From: Nematostella vectensis
Taxonomy: Eukaryota
Length of the DNA stretch: 64,000 nucleotides
Direction: 5' to 3'
Assembly (NCBI RefSeq): GCF_932526225.1
Contig: NC_064037.1
Coordinates: 3,120,996-3,184,995 of the forward strand
Position 1 is the first letter of the stretch. The number at the start of each line of letters is the position of its first letter. A program made the position numbers and the translations under genes. Below are positions 1-11,100 of the stretch, piece after piece. The notes beneath the pieces are model-generated. The model made no database searches. It saw only the letters and a program-made list of their open reading frames with translations, and was not told the origin of the DNA.

Positions 1-87
1 TATACATAGTGTACAGCAGGACCTTTCTGCCTGAAATTTACGTGCTGTTCTGATTTTAGTGGAGATATTGCATTCGTCTGGAGAACC

Positions 88-821
88 TTGGCCCAGAAAC
101 AGTCCAGCTACGTGAGCGACACTGGCGAATATTTAGCCTCTCTGGCACTCTCGAAACGGTCAGGGGAAGGGGTGTGGTTGGACAGGAACCGGTGCTTTCA
201 CCTCAACAGCCTGCCTTCCAGTACAGCAGCCATGTCTCATTACAAGCGCCTAGTGGACACATGTGGTGAGGGGATATTACTCAACACATCCTATTACAAC
301 CTTCGCCAACACTATTCGTTGTTTTTTTTTTTTTTTTTACAGTCAAGTTATGTTACTGTTGTTTCTATGATGACAATAGAGCTCTTATTTTGTGGCCATT
401 TATCAGTAACATGTTTTCTAGGGCTGCTATCGTTGTAGCATTTCAATTTCCGATATATTATTTAGCACCTTCCAGGCCTTAAACGAAACTTTAACGAACA
501 CAAAGATACTGCCAAGTTATTCAAAATTTTCTCTTATTTTCCTCCTTATTTGACCTCCTTCGTTTTGTCATCTTCACAGGGGTACGTTTCGACTGGAAAG
601 ACCTGACGGCAGTACTTTTGACATTAGAATCCCGCCATTTTCACTCGAAAGCAAAGAGGAAGAAACACCTCCGACCAACATTATCGCTTGATCTCTCGCT
701 ATGCAGGGAATGGAGGAACAACACAAAGAAGAAGACTAATGTTGAGCGCAAAAACATTTGTGTGAATCATGATATTGTATATATAGTGATTTGTAGTGGA
801 AGAGTAAAGAACTCAAGTTAG
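88..821 (+). CDS. Candidate 3' terminal exons of an unidentified upstream gene (exons 88?-265 and 580-821, stop 819-821)
   Basis: Open frame 88-265 ends at a GT donor (TGT G|gtgagg, phase 1). An AG acceptor at 578-579 (tcttcacag) continues the frame (G+GG, then VRFDWKDL...) to a TAG at 819-821. AATAAA lies about 30 bp downstream. No family recognised. Confidence 0.3.
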
Positions 822-1711
822 TATTTCATAAATGGAAACGCTAATACAATAAAATTCATTTGTTGGATAACTACTGTTCTTGGAGAATAGTGATACTAAA
901 AGTTATGTTCACTCCTCAAACAGCTCTGAGCAGCAAACGTTTCAAACTCGCGACCTATGTCGCATATAAATGCATATGAATTTTCCCTTTATCCTAGAAG
1001 TATTTACATATGGAATACTCGCCCACCACTGGCATTGTTCGCTGCAACTCTAGAGGTTTTTTTTTAAGTTCCCGGCCGCGATCAGGCCCCACTAGTAGCT
1101 ATATGTACCAAGGCTGCTTTATCATCATTTATTTGTTGTATTTTTTATTATTTATTTCTTTAACATCCTGTATAGCCCATAGACTCGAGGATTAATAAAT
1201 ATGAATGTATGAATGAAAACCTTTTAAACAACAAATATAACTACTTGGGTCTGGAGCCATCACTTGAACGGGGGATGCGTCCAAAAACAGACGAACAAAC
1301 GAACAAGGCAGCAGCCTGCGTAGCAGCTCAAAAGGGAGGGGAGAGGGGGGACTGGATCCCATCCCATTTGATTCGCAAAACGCAGGCTTAAAAATTGAGA
1401 AACAATGAGAGGTAGGAAGAAAATGCTCCCATTTAAGTCTCGCGTTCAAAATTTAGAGACTCCAAGACCGCGAGATCACACGCAACTGATAAACTAGTGA
1501 GTTTGAAACCTTGCCAGATTGTGGAGGGTTTTCTAGCCCCTTCACACAGTCATCATTCTGACCTCTTTTACGCATTTGTTTGAGATGGGCCAGGCCGGGG
1601 GAGGCATTGAAAAAAAATTTGCCTTTTTTCACACAATATTATAACTAAATCGTACATTCCATGTCTTATTTTTACGCTTGTCAGCGTCGAACCATCAATC
1701 GAGGTACTTTG

Positions 1712-1716
1712 ATTGG
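1712..1716 (-). promoter_or_regulatory. Inverted CCAAT box (ATTGG) about 185 bp upstream of the RAB24-like start codon
   Basis: gattggctgg at 1711-1720; putative promoter element only. Confidence 0.25.
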
Positions 1717-1900
1717 CTGGCAGGGTGGGGTGAAGAAGCGAGTCTGCGGTGCAAAATCAGCGGGTAATGCCATCAGTAATAAACATGGCGGCTGGTTGAT
1801 AGAGCTCCCATCTGCAGGAAATGCGTTTGTAATCCGCAAACCAGAGTGCAGATCTCGGAGCACTGTAGCCTAACTAACACCTGCATTATTCTTTAATGCA

Positions 1901-4900
1901 ATGCAAGAGAAAACTTATCTCAAGGTGGTCCTGCTTGGGAAAGTGAATAGTGGGAAAACATGTCTTGTCACTCGGTACATAACTCGAGCGTTTAGTGAGG
2001 AAACCCCATCGGTAAGTCACGAATTTAGACAGGCAAAACTAATCATCCATATTTTATTGCAAGCGAATTGGGTGATTTAATTGATAGCAATTCAATTCCA
2101 AACTTCATCAACGAGCCGTTGCGTGTATCCATGCTGTTTTTTTAGTTTTGGATGGGTTCCCACATTCGTTTTGTTGGTTTAGGGTTCGTGGCTTCCGTTT
2201 CAGTACAATAACCGCTGCTACATACTTATGCCGTAATTACTGCTTTTGCACTAAAAATACAGGATCAAGGCATGTTTCGATTTTATAAAAGATCCTTGTT
2301 TTTAACTCAGATACTTTTTAAATATTGCGTTTATTTGGGGGAAGGGTATTCTTGTTTCAGTTTTTAGTTGTTTATATTGTACTTATTAATTATTACAGTG
2401 GAGTTATTGCCGTGTTTACTCACTTTCAGACGCTACTAAAAAGATGCGCCTGGGTTTTTAATATCATTACCGCAAAAAAAGTAAATTACAATAATATATA
2501 TAAATATTTTTTTCAATAATTTCTGTGACAAAAAAAAACAATTTTAACCAGAGCTATTTTTAAATTGGGAGCAACTGCAGAATACCCGTCCACAAAGAGT
2601 TAACAATGAGACTTCACACCTAAATTTCTATAGAACAAGGTAGTAAATATAAGGAAAATGCAAATAAGTGGACGGGTATTCTGCAGTTTAGCCTTAAATT
2701 GTAAACATTCTTTTAATATGTTTATTTAAATACAGAACATGGTACATATTAATCAAAATACAGAACATGGTGATTTATCAAGTCAAGACAGCAGTGTTCC
2801 ACCCTCCCAGTTTGTTCCTGTTACTGCCACTGTGGTGCCAAGTCTAATTGGCTGATTGCATTTGTTATCCGCACCGGGGGGGTGGGGGGAGGGGGGGTGA
2901 GGGCCTAAAAGAGGGGGAGGGGGATCTCCAGAGGCCTAAGTTTCCAGGAGGGGGGAATGGCAATAAAGAAGAAATTCTGAGGGGAGGGGGAGCCAAAACT
3001 TTTAAATTCCAAGGGGGAGTGGGAGAAGTAGCCCATAAATTCCAGGGGAATGGGGAGGGGGACTAACTGTGATTTCTTAAAATTTCTTTATTTTACACAT
3101 TTCCAGACTGGGGGTGGGGGTACACAAATTTCTTTGGTTGGGGGGGGGGGGGGGGGTTAGCTCTGTAATTTTTCCAAAAGGAGGGTGGGCTAAAAGTAGC
3201 CCAGAAATTCCAGGGGGAGGGGTATCTGTAGCCATAAAAATCCAGAGGGGAGAAGGGGGGTAAAATACTTATATCCTCAACCCCCTCAACTATTGGTATC
3301 GATACAGTCTAAATGTATTGGGTTCACCATTGATTCAGAAGTTGCACTATAAAGTTGCGCTCAATAGATTGCAACAAATAAAAGTTGGCTTGCAGAGTTT
3401 CTGTTTCACAAAATAAGAAAAGAAGGTATTTGAGTTGGCACATCAAAAGTGTGATGTTTTAATCAGTGTCATACTTTGTGCTTAACTTAATTCTGGTGTG
3501 CCAAACGTAATTGATTCACATGTCGAACTGTTCATGTGACCAATCCAAAATTCTGCACAGGAGAAGTGTTACATATGAATAGGCCTTAGCCTATTTTCCC
3601 ATGTATGGGTAGCATCAAAATGTACAAGTTATGCTATTACCACATAGTGGTAGTAATCTATTTTATATTTTTAGACTATTGGTGCTGCATTTTGTAGAAA
3701 AGACCTATATATACAAGGAAAAAATTTATCACTAGCGATATGGGTAAGTTTCAGTACAAAGATGGTGGTATTCATGGTTCTACTGTCGGGAGGGGGATTT
3801 TTTTAGTATTATTCAATTTGTGATATCCTCATGTCATAATTATCCACAACAACATCCTCATCAAATCATCATCATTATCAAATCATCATCATCAAATCAT
3901 CATCATCAAATCATCATCATTAAATCGTCCTCATCAAATCATCCTCATGAAATCGTCATAATCAAATCATCATCATCAAATCATCAACATCAAATCATCA
4001 TCATCATATTCAGCATCATCTTCAACACCATTATAACTTTATGAATTTACCAATAACCAATTATTATATAATTATTTCAGGATACTGCTGGTGCAGAGCG
4101 TTATCAGGCGATGAGTGCCATGTACTATCGTAGTGCCAGAGCTGCCATTTTATGCTATGGTAAATTTGATTATTTTACTAGTTTGAAAAAATAAGTATAA
4201 TTCTTTTTGGTAGCAACTTATTTTTTCGCCACTACAAAATCTTTGCACATGAGGAAAATAGCCCATCCTTTAGATTAAGCAACTTCAGTGTTTTTTTTTC
4301 AGTGATTCAGTGATTTTTTATTTTCCAAGGAAGAGAAAATAAAACATTTTTGTTCCTCTTTAGATTTAACAGATTCAACAAGTTTTGATAAAGCAAAGTT
4401 CTGGGTAGATCAACTGAAAGCTGCAGAACCTGTAAGTAAATAAATTAATAACCTTTGAATGTAGGATTTTTACAACTGTGAATGCAGGATTTGTAAACCT
4501 GTGAATATAATTACTTGAAACAGGCAAGTATAGAACGATATATAGTAAAATGATATAAACCTGTGAGTATGGGTCGGAATTTTATTTGGCGGGTGCATAG
4601 CATAAACGTGTGTCTACAAAAACAGTGCTTCTCATATAGAGTGCCTCTCTTGTTTCAGGAATGCAAGATATATTTATGTGGTACAAAACTAGATTTAATA
4701 GAGGAAGCTTTACAGACGCGAGAGGTTCAAACTCGAGCAGTTTCCAGCTACGGTAGAGGTGTGTCAACGTTACTCAAATACCACAAAATGAATTCTAAAT
4801 ATTAAGAGAAAAGAATTAATAAGAATCATACAAAGAAATACATGCTACTGTTTCTCGTTAATTTTTAATTTTCTGATTTTGTGTAGATATTGGTGCAGAT

Positions 4901-5762
4901 ACATTTGAGACATCAAGTAAAAGAGGAACAAATGTTGGTAAGTTGCAATACAGATGGACAGACATACAATTTTAAATAAAGCATTTTGCATGGTTATATG
5001 CAGGTTTGGCATATGCAATTTACACTCACACCAGGTTGATAACTATATGTTTTTCCTACAGATAAAGTTTTTGAGAAAATTGCTGAGGATTTTATGCGTT
5101 CAAACAGACCAGGCACAAATGGTATGTTCAATCCTTTTTTTTTATTTTCATATGTAAAACATACCATAATGTTTGATATTCATAACCCCCACTTAGAAAT
5201 CTTTTTATCAGTTTTGTCCTTTATACCCCCTTATCCATTGAAAATAAAACTATGTAACAAACAAGATTGGCATTATTATCGAAAAAGATCATCTTTATAC
5301 CCTGTGCAAAGAGAACCAACATTATACAGATGGATGTATAATCCTACTACTGTGATAGGTGGACAAGACTAATTAATGCACTAGTCAATTAAAACCCTGG
5401 CCCCCTGGCCGGGGAAGTACGCTTTTGTACAGCTACATTTCTCCCAGGGGGTGGGGGGCAGTAACTTTTTGCCAAATTAGTGGGGATTTTTACCTAAGAC
5501 AGCTTTCAAAAATTTTTTGATGATCCATGTATTGATTATTGATAAGGTCATAGCTAATAAACATTATTTTGGCAGTAGGTCTTTTGTAAAATCCCTGCTC
5601 TTCTAAGAGGGCAGCTGACCCTCTTGCAGCCTGTGCCCTGGGAGTCTTTTCCTTGTGGGTTTTACTGTATTTGCAAAGACATACTTTAATTCCTCAGGTA
5701 AAGGAGACATCAAACTAGAGCGTGGCGCCCGTGGAAAAACATACTGCTGTAGTTCAAGCTAG
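1901..5762 (+). CDS. RAB24: Rab24-like small GTPase, 8 coding exons: 1901-2011, 3675-3743, 4081-4159, 4364-4431, 4659-4758, 4887-4937, 5062-5121, 5698-5762 (TAG 5760-5762)
   Basis: Spliced translation: [37 protein letters not shown] / [23 protein letters not shown] / [26 protein letters not shown] / (G)[23 protein letters not shown] / [33 protein letters not shown] / (D)[16 protein letters not shown] / (D)[19 protein letters not shown] / (G)[20 protein letters not shown]. Every junction is GT-AG and phases are consistent. G1 (GKVNSGKT), G3 (DTAGAE), G4 (GTKLD) and G5 (ETSSK) motifs and a C-terminal CC are present, and the sequence aligns with remembered vertebrate RAB24. Confidence 0.85.
2574..2687. 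repeat. Inverted repeat (19-bp arms ctgcagaatacccgtccac / gtggacgggtattctgcag, ~76-bp loop) in RAB24 intron 1
   Basis: Perfect reverse-complement arms read directly. Confidence 0.7.
2840..3300. repeat. G-rich dispersed repeat (units like aaattccagggggaggg); related copies near 7895-8040, 53700-53830 and 54225-54485
   Basis: Repeated GGGGAGGGG / aaattccaggggga motifs; similar sequence elsewhere in the window. Confidence 0.5.
3818..4028. repeat. ATC-rich microsatellite (catcatcaaatcatcatcat)n in RAB24 intron 2
   Basis: Direct reading; produces an artefactual H/Q/I-rich ORF at 3820-4044. Confidence 0.85.
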
Positions 5763-5782
5763 GTTTAGTAGAAAAAGATAAC

Positions 5783-5852
5783 AGAGATTATATTATAATG
5801 ATTACCTCAAAATATTAAAATGATTACCTCAACATATTATAATGATTACCAT
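5783..5852. repeat. About 23-bp tandem repeat x3 (atgattacctcaaaatattaaa)
   Basis: Direct reading. Confidence 0.6.
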
Positions 5853-6834
5853 CAAATGTGTACAGCATAGTATTGCATCCTTTGCAACGAGTTGTGGTAG
5901 TTAAAAGAATTGATTATTTTCTATTACCTTTCTTTATTTGAATTTTAAATGTCTCTTACTGAAGCGGGCGAGGGGGGCAGGGTGAAAGCAACAAACAGCC
6001 AGCTTCCTGGTCTGCGATATCTATCTCAGCCTATTTTTAAAGTTTTAACCATGTTGCTGTAAACGTTGAAATATTCGCGCTTTATTTTTTTTTTTTCAAA
6101 TCAAAACACGGCTTAAAATGCGATGGTGCTCGTAAATTGGGCGCGAAAATTTCTGCTTTTACACTATTGGTAGGACCTGTTTGCCTGTCCGTTCACATTG
6201 TTAGTGCTTACCTATACGAGTTTTTGACAAAACGTGCTTACCTATACGAGCTTTGGACAAAAAGACTTGCATCTGATAGCATTTCTAATAGCTTTGACTA
6301 CCTCGAAGTAGTGGCACTACATTTGGTGAGTTTTGCATCTTCTTCTTGTGTAAGATCTTAGAATTTAAAATGATATCAGCCTGCTAGTAAGTACTGTTAC
6401 AGGCTAAATTCCTTAAAGGTTCTTACTGAAAAACATAGAATCGAACTTTCCAAAGTATCTCTAAAAACAAAGCTCTACCTGTGAAAATTAGAGTTCCAAT
6501 TATACAGGATATTTTATGAATAAAAGCTAAGAACCTAATTAGAACCAAGTAAGATTAGTTTAACACTATAATAGCACTGCCCTTGGCGCAAGCCACGTCC
6601 CCACCATGAGATACAGAGATCAGCACAGCAGTGTCTCTCAGTTTTACTACGATAACAAATGTATGAAATACTCTACGCCATATTTACGAAATAAAACTTT
6701 TCTAACAAAAAAACAAAACCTGATTCCTATACTTTGTCATCAAGTTTTCCAAATGTCTTATTCCTCCCCAGAGGAGCTGAAGCACACCTAGAAATATCGG
6801 GGGGAAATATGAGAGGGGGAGGGGAGGGGGCATG

Positions 6835-6990
6835 GTATACCTTGCCTTGGTTCCAGAGCCTCGTGCGTCTCTCTATTTAGTGGCCAGCGAGGTTGAACCT
6901 CGCCGGTTCAACCCCGAGGTTGAACCTCGCTGGCCACTGAACAGAGAGACGCTCGAGGCTCTGGGACCAGGGTAACCTTGCCTTGGCCCT
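6835..6990. mobile_element. Palindromic MITE-like element (~150 bp near-perfect palindrome, centre cgaggttgaacctcgccggttcaaccccgaggttgaacctcg) flanked by the direct repeat ccttgccttgg
   Basis: The left half is the reverse complement of the right half; flanking direct repeats resemble a target-site duplication. Confidence 0.55.
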
Positions 6991-7190
6991 GCTCCCTCGA
7001 AATTTATTTTTGGACGAACAGTTTTACCCAGGATTCATTCTCGCCAGGCTGCTTATATTCTCGCGCAATTGGAAGTTCTGGAAATCATTTGTATAATTTT
7101 TCATTCTTTTATTTATATTTTGCAACATTTACAAATTAGCGCGAAAACAAATAGTACACAAACAACTTCCTTGTTTTTACCTTCTGGAGC

Positions 7191-7196
7191 TATAAA
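7191..7196 (+). promoter_or_regulatory. TATA box (gagcTATAAAttgg) for the coiled-coil gene, with a CCAAT (gcaattgg) about 120 bp upstream
   Basis: TATAAA at 7191-7196, followed about 30 bp later by a probable non-coding first exon ending at the donor CTACAG|gtaaga (exon end 7361). Confidence 0.45.
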
Positions 7197-7224
7197 TTGG
7201 TCTGTCCTCGCATGTCATGTGACG

Positions 7225-7361
7225 GCATGTCATCATCGCGATCAAGTTTCACATTCTCGTGGAGAAAGCGTCAAATCTCAAGCCTTTGAGCGTCTCAGGA
7301 GTCTCAGCCGCCGTGTTTATGCCAGTACAGTCGACCCTCGTGTGTTTCCTTCACTCTACAG
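7225..7361 (+). other. Probable non-coding 5' UTR exon of the coiled-coil gene (donor after 7361; acceptor ag 8161-8162)
   Basis: A TATA box about 30 bp upstream; a strong donor gtaaga at 7362; the next acceptor (cattacctacag) sits immediately before the ATG at 8172. Confidence 0.4.
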
Positions 7362-8171
7362 GTAAGAATTAAAGCGACAGAAAGCCTTTAGAATAATACA
7401 TCCATAAGGGACAAAGGATTTCTGAGTTTTTCCCTTGTAGTGATACGAAAGTGACCTTGCTTGTCTGTTGTCAAAATACGGCTTGACTTTGTGCGATGGT
7501 AAAATTGTAAGATTTTGTTCTCGCTTGAATTAACTTACCGTTTCTTTTTATATGTCATAAAATTTTATATTACAAGAATGAGGCTCACATAACTAAATTA
7601 CATTAAACAGAACTTAGCTATAAGCTTGGTTTATTAATAAGTTACTGATTGAAAATACGCGTCTGCCGTACTTACACATGATATGAATAGTGCATAAAGC
7701 ATGAGGCCTTCTTTCTTGAGGCATAAAAGAGATAACTAATATTACTTAAACATCCCCAAAACATTTCCTATTTTTTTCTTTAGAATTTTTAAACGCGGCA
7801 ATTTGTCGCCCACCAATGGCTAGATAATCGGTGAAAATTCGTCTTAAAAACAGGAGCTGACCTTGTTGAGTAACAGCTGCTGTTATGAATGTGTAGTTCA
7901 AGATAATATCCATACCCCCCCATTGAGGGGGGCGGAGGTACGACCCTCTGCCTGTCTATGACCCCCCCACCCCTCTGGAAATTCGTGGGCGTTTGAACCC
8001 CCCCCCTCCCGGAATTTTCAATCCCCTCAATGGGGAAAAATGCGTGTGGAATCAACGAAAACTCTATTTCATTTTCAAACCGTTTTGTTATGAGAACCTA
8101 ATTTAATGTGTATTTGACCATTTTTCTTTTATTGGTTATTTTCTAATTTTCATTACCTACAGTATGTTCAC

Positions 8172-11100
8172 ATGGAGAGATTCATCAACAGTATACGGAC
8201 TGCCTTAAGTGACTCATATACCGAGGTGACATCGCCCTATTACAACTCACACGAAAACACCCAAGGCTACGACACTGAGCTAAACTACACCTTCCCACCT
8301 ACACCACCCCACCATACGGACAAGCCACTTACACGTCTGTCAGCCAACCCGTCTCAACTAGAAAAAACACTAAGGACCATTGTCTTGGACTTGTACTCTG
8401 AAGCAGAGCCCGACAAGCAACCGAAACTCAGCACAGAATCTCCGGCTGTACAGTCTGACTTCGGCGTTTCCCTTTCTTCGACCTTGAGTTCTGACGTCAT
8501 AGATGTCATGGAAAAGGAGCAAACTAGAGACCATTATAAGACTACAGGATCTAACATATCTAGTCTAGAGGCCTATGTTAAAGCGCCTTGTCTCAGCGGT
8601 TTAACAGGTGTCCAGGGAAGTGGTATCGGGGGCACTTATATTGGTGGTACATCAGCAGGTTACCAAGGATATGGTGCCGAGGGCACTTATATTGGTGGTA
8701 CATCAGCAGGTTTTCAAGGACGTGGTGCCGAGGGTACTTATGTTGGTGGTACATCAGCAGGTTTTCAAGGACGTGGTGCCGAGGGCACTTATGTTGGTGG
8801 TACATCAGCAGGTTTTCAAGGACGTGGTGCCGAGGGCACTTATGTTGGTGGTACATCAGCAGGTTTTCGAGGACGTGGTGCCGAGGGCACTTATATTGGT
8901 GGTACATCTGCTGGCGCCCAGGGGCAAGGAACTAAGGAGAATTCCTCAGAGGACTCCTCAAGAATTCAGACCGTTCAAGAGCTAAGAGGGTGCCTTGAGC
9001 GGCTACAGTTCACGGATATCACAGGTGAGTTCCCCCTTTTGGAGTCCCCCGCTTTTGAACAAATAAAATATTTCACAAACTAAATTTCATTACATTTGTA
9101 TCTATAGAAGCAGTGGTAACTCCCTATGCCTGTCCCTTTTTTATTTACTGTACAAAAGGGTAAAAAGAATTGTTGAGTTGAGGATTCTAAAGCAAGTTCC
9201 TAATTTGCCGCAGACCAAACTGCCAACAATGTGGATCGCTTGGCGCTTCACATTTTAGACGACACAAAACTATGGGGATTTTATTGAAGCATGAGCGTAG
9301 TGAAGTCGTTTAGAAAGACAAGTATACATAAAATAGCCGTGCAAAATATTTCTCTATTTCCCATTTTATCAATACCGCAAGAGTTAAACCAGTCACAATT
9401 TTTTGTCTATTTTCCCCATTTTATTCTAGACTTCAAGAGTTAAACCCGAGTCACATTTTTTTCTGTTTTCTCTTTTTTCGTAGACCCTCAGCTCAACATC
9501 AGTTTCTCAGAATCTGACACCGTGGCCACGCCCACTTTCGACGACTCAGGCGTTCACCTTGAATTCGTCACGTCAGATCAGGAAATGTCGGACAGCGAAC
9601 CGGACGGGGTGGGGCATGTGGCGTCCGTGTCACGTGGTGAAGATCGAATAAATCAAAGTGTTACTATAGACAAAGAAGTAGGACGAACTATTTGTAGTGA
9701 CAATCCGAAATCCCCGATTGGACTTGAAAATGAGAATGGATTCCAATTTCAAGAGCAGCAACTCCCAACAAAAACAGACGATAAACAGCCCTCGACACAA
9801 GCATCATCAGAGATGGTAAATCCCAGCCATGTTTCGGTTAGTTTCTTCGGGTCTCCTGTTGATGGTAAGAGTTATGACGTCACAACTCAAGGCGAATCAC
9901 AGGGATCTCTAGCAGTACTCCAGGGACTGGGTTCGGTTTACTCCGCAGACGACAGCAATGGTGATTCACAGCATCGACAATTGATTTTCGAGCGCGCTAA
10001 CCTAGAGGGAAAGCTCGAAGCTTTGACCGGCGAGTACAACAGTATTCTTGCAGAAAGGAAAGAGTTACACGCACAACTGCGAACGTTGCAAGCAAGGTTG
10101 CAGGAAACGGTTGCAAATGCAAGAATAACAGAGTCCTGTATAGATGAAGTGAAAGACACAAACGACTCAAGGAATGATTTCCTCCACGAGGAAATTGCAG
10201 AGTTGCAGGAGTCTCTCAACGCTAAGGAATTGCGTCTGAATGAGGCTCAAGAAAGGTTGAAGTTCTCCACCACAAATGTGCAGCGATTAGAAGAAACAAT
10301 AGCTAATTATGAATCTGGAATGAGAACAAAGGATGTTAACATTACAGAGCTTGAAACACAGCTTGGAAATATGCGGAAATCGCTAGAACAATCAAGGCAA
10401 CATCAGCAACGTTTTGTTCAAGGAGAGCAAGAACTCAACGCGGATGTGTCTTCTTTGCTTAACGCCAAGGCGTGGTACCAGCGGCAGCTAGAGATCGCCA
10501 AGGAATCGAGGGTAAAGCTACAACTCGAGGTCAGCGAATACGAGTCCACTATTGCCTCACAAAACAAAATGGTGGAGCAGCTGAAATGCGAGAATGCCCG
10601 TACTAGTAAACAGCTCCTCGAAACGCAGCAGAGGACTCTAGAAGAAAAAACGCGCATTCTGAAACATTTGGAGAACGTGGAAGAAGATATGATGAGACAT
10701 GAAGCGGCATTTAAACAATTTCAACTCGAGAAACAGAGCGTTGAAAGGGGCTTATGCGGAAAGATCGAGGAAATGCGCGCGGAGAATGAGCACCTGAGGA
10801 GTTTGAGTGGATCTACTAAAGATCTGGAAACCGAAATTGAAGCATTGCGCAGGGATACGTGCCTAAAGGAGGCTGAAGTGGCAGATCTCCAATCGGAAAA
10901 AGACGAAGTCTTGAAACAGTTGAAGGTAGCGAGGGGGGTGAATGAGATCAACAACAAAAAGCTGTCAGCGCTGGAGCAGAAACTACTGTCGAAGAATGAA
11001 GAGCTGAGAGGAATGGAGGACAAGGGGCAGATATCTGCGGGTGAAATTAAAAGGCTGCAAAGTGAGAAGCGCGAGCTGGAAATGCAACTAAAGGAAGCAG

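Noticed and set aside
2848-3066. Gly-rich ORF (GGGGRGGEG...)
   Set aside because: Translation of a G-rich dispersed repeat in RAB24 intron 1.
3820-4044. His/Gln/Ile-rich ORF
   Set aside because: ATC microsatellite in RAB24 intron 2.
8588-8985. Alternative-frame ORFs overlapping the coiled-coil gene exon 1 on both strands
   Set aside because: Caused by the in-frame 60-bp coding repeat; the true frame is the 8172 ORF.
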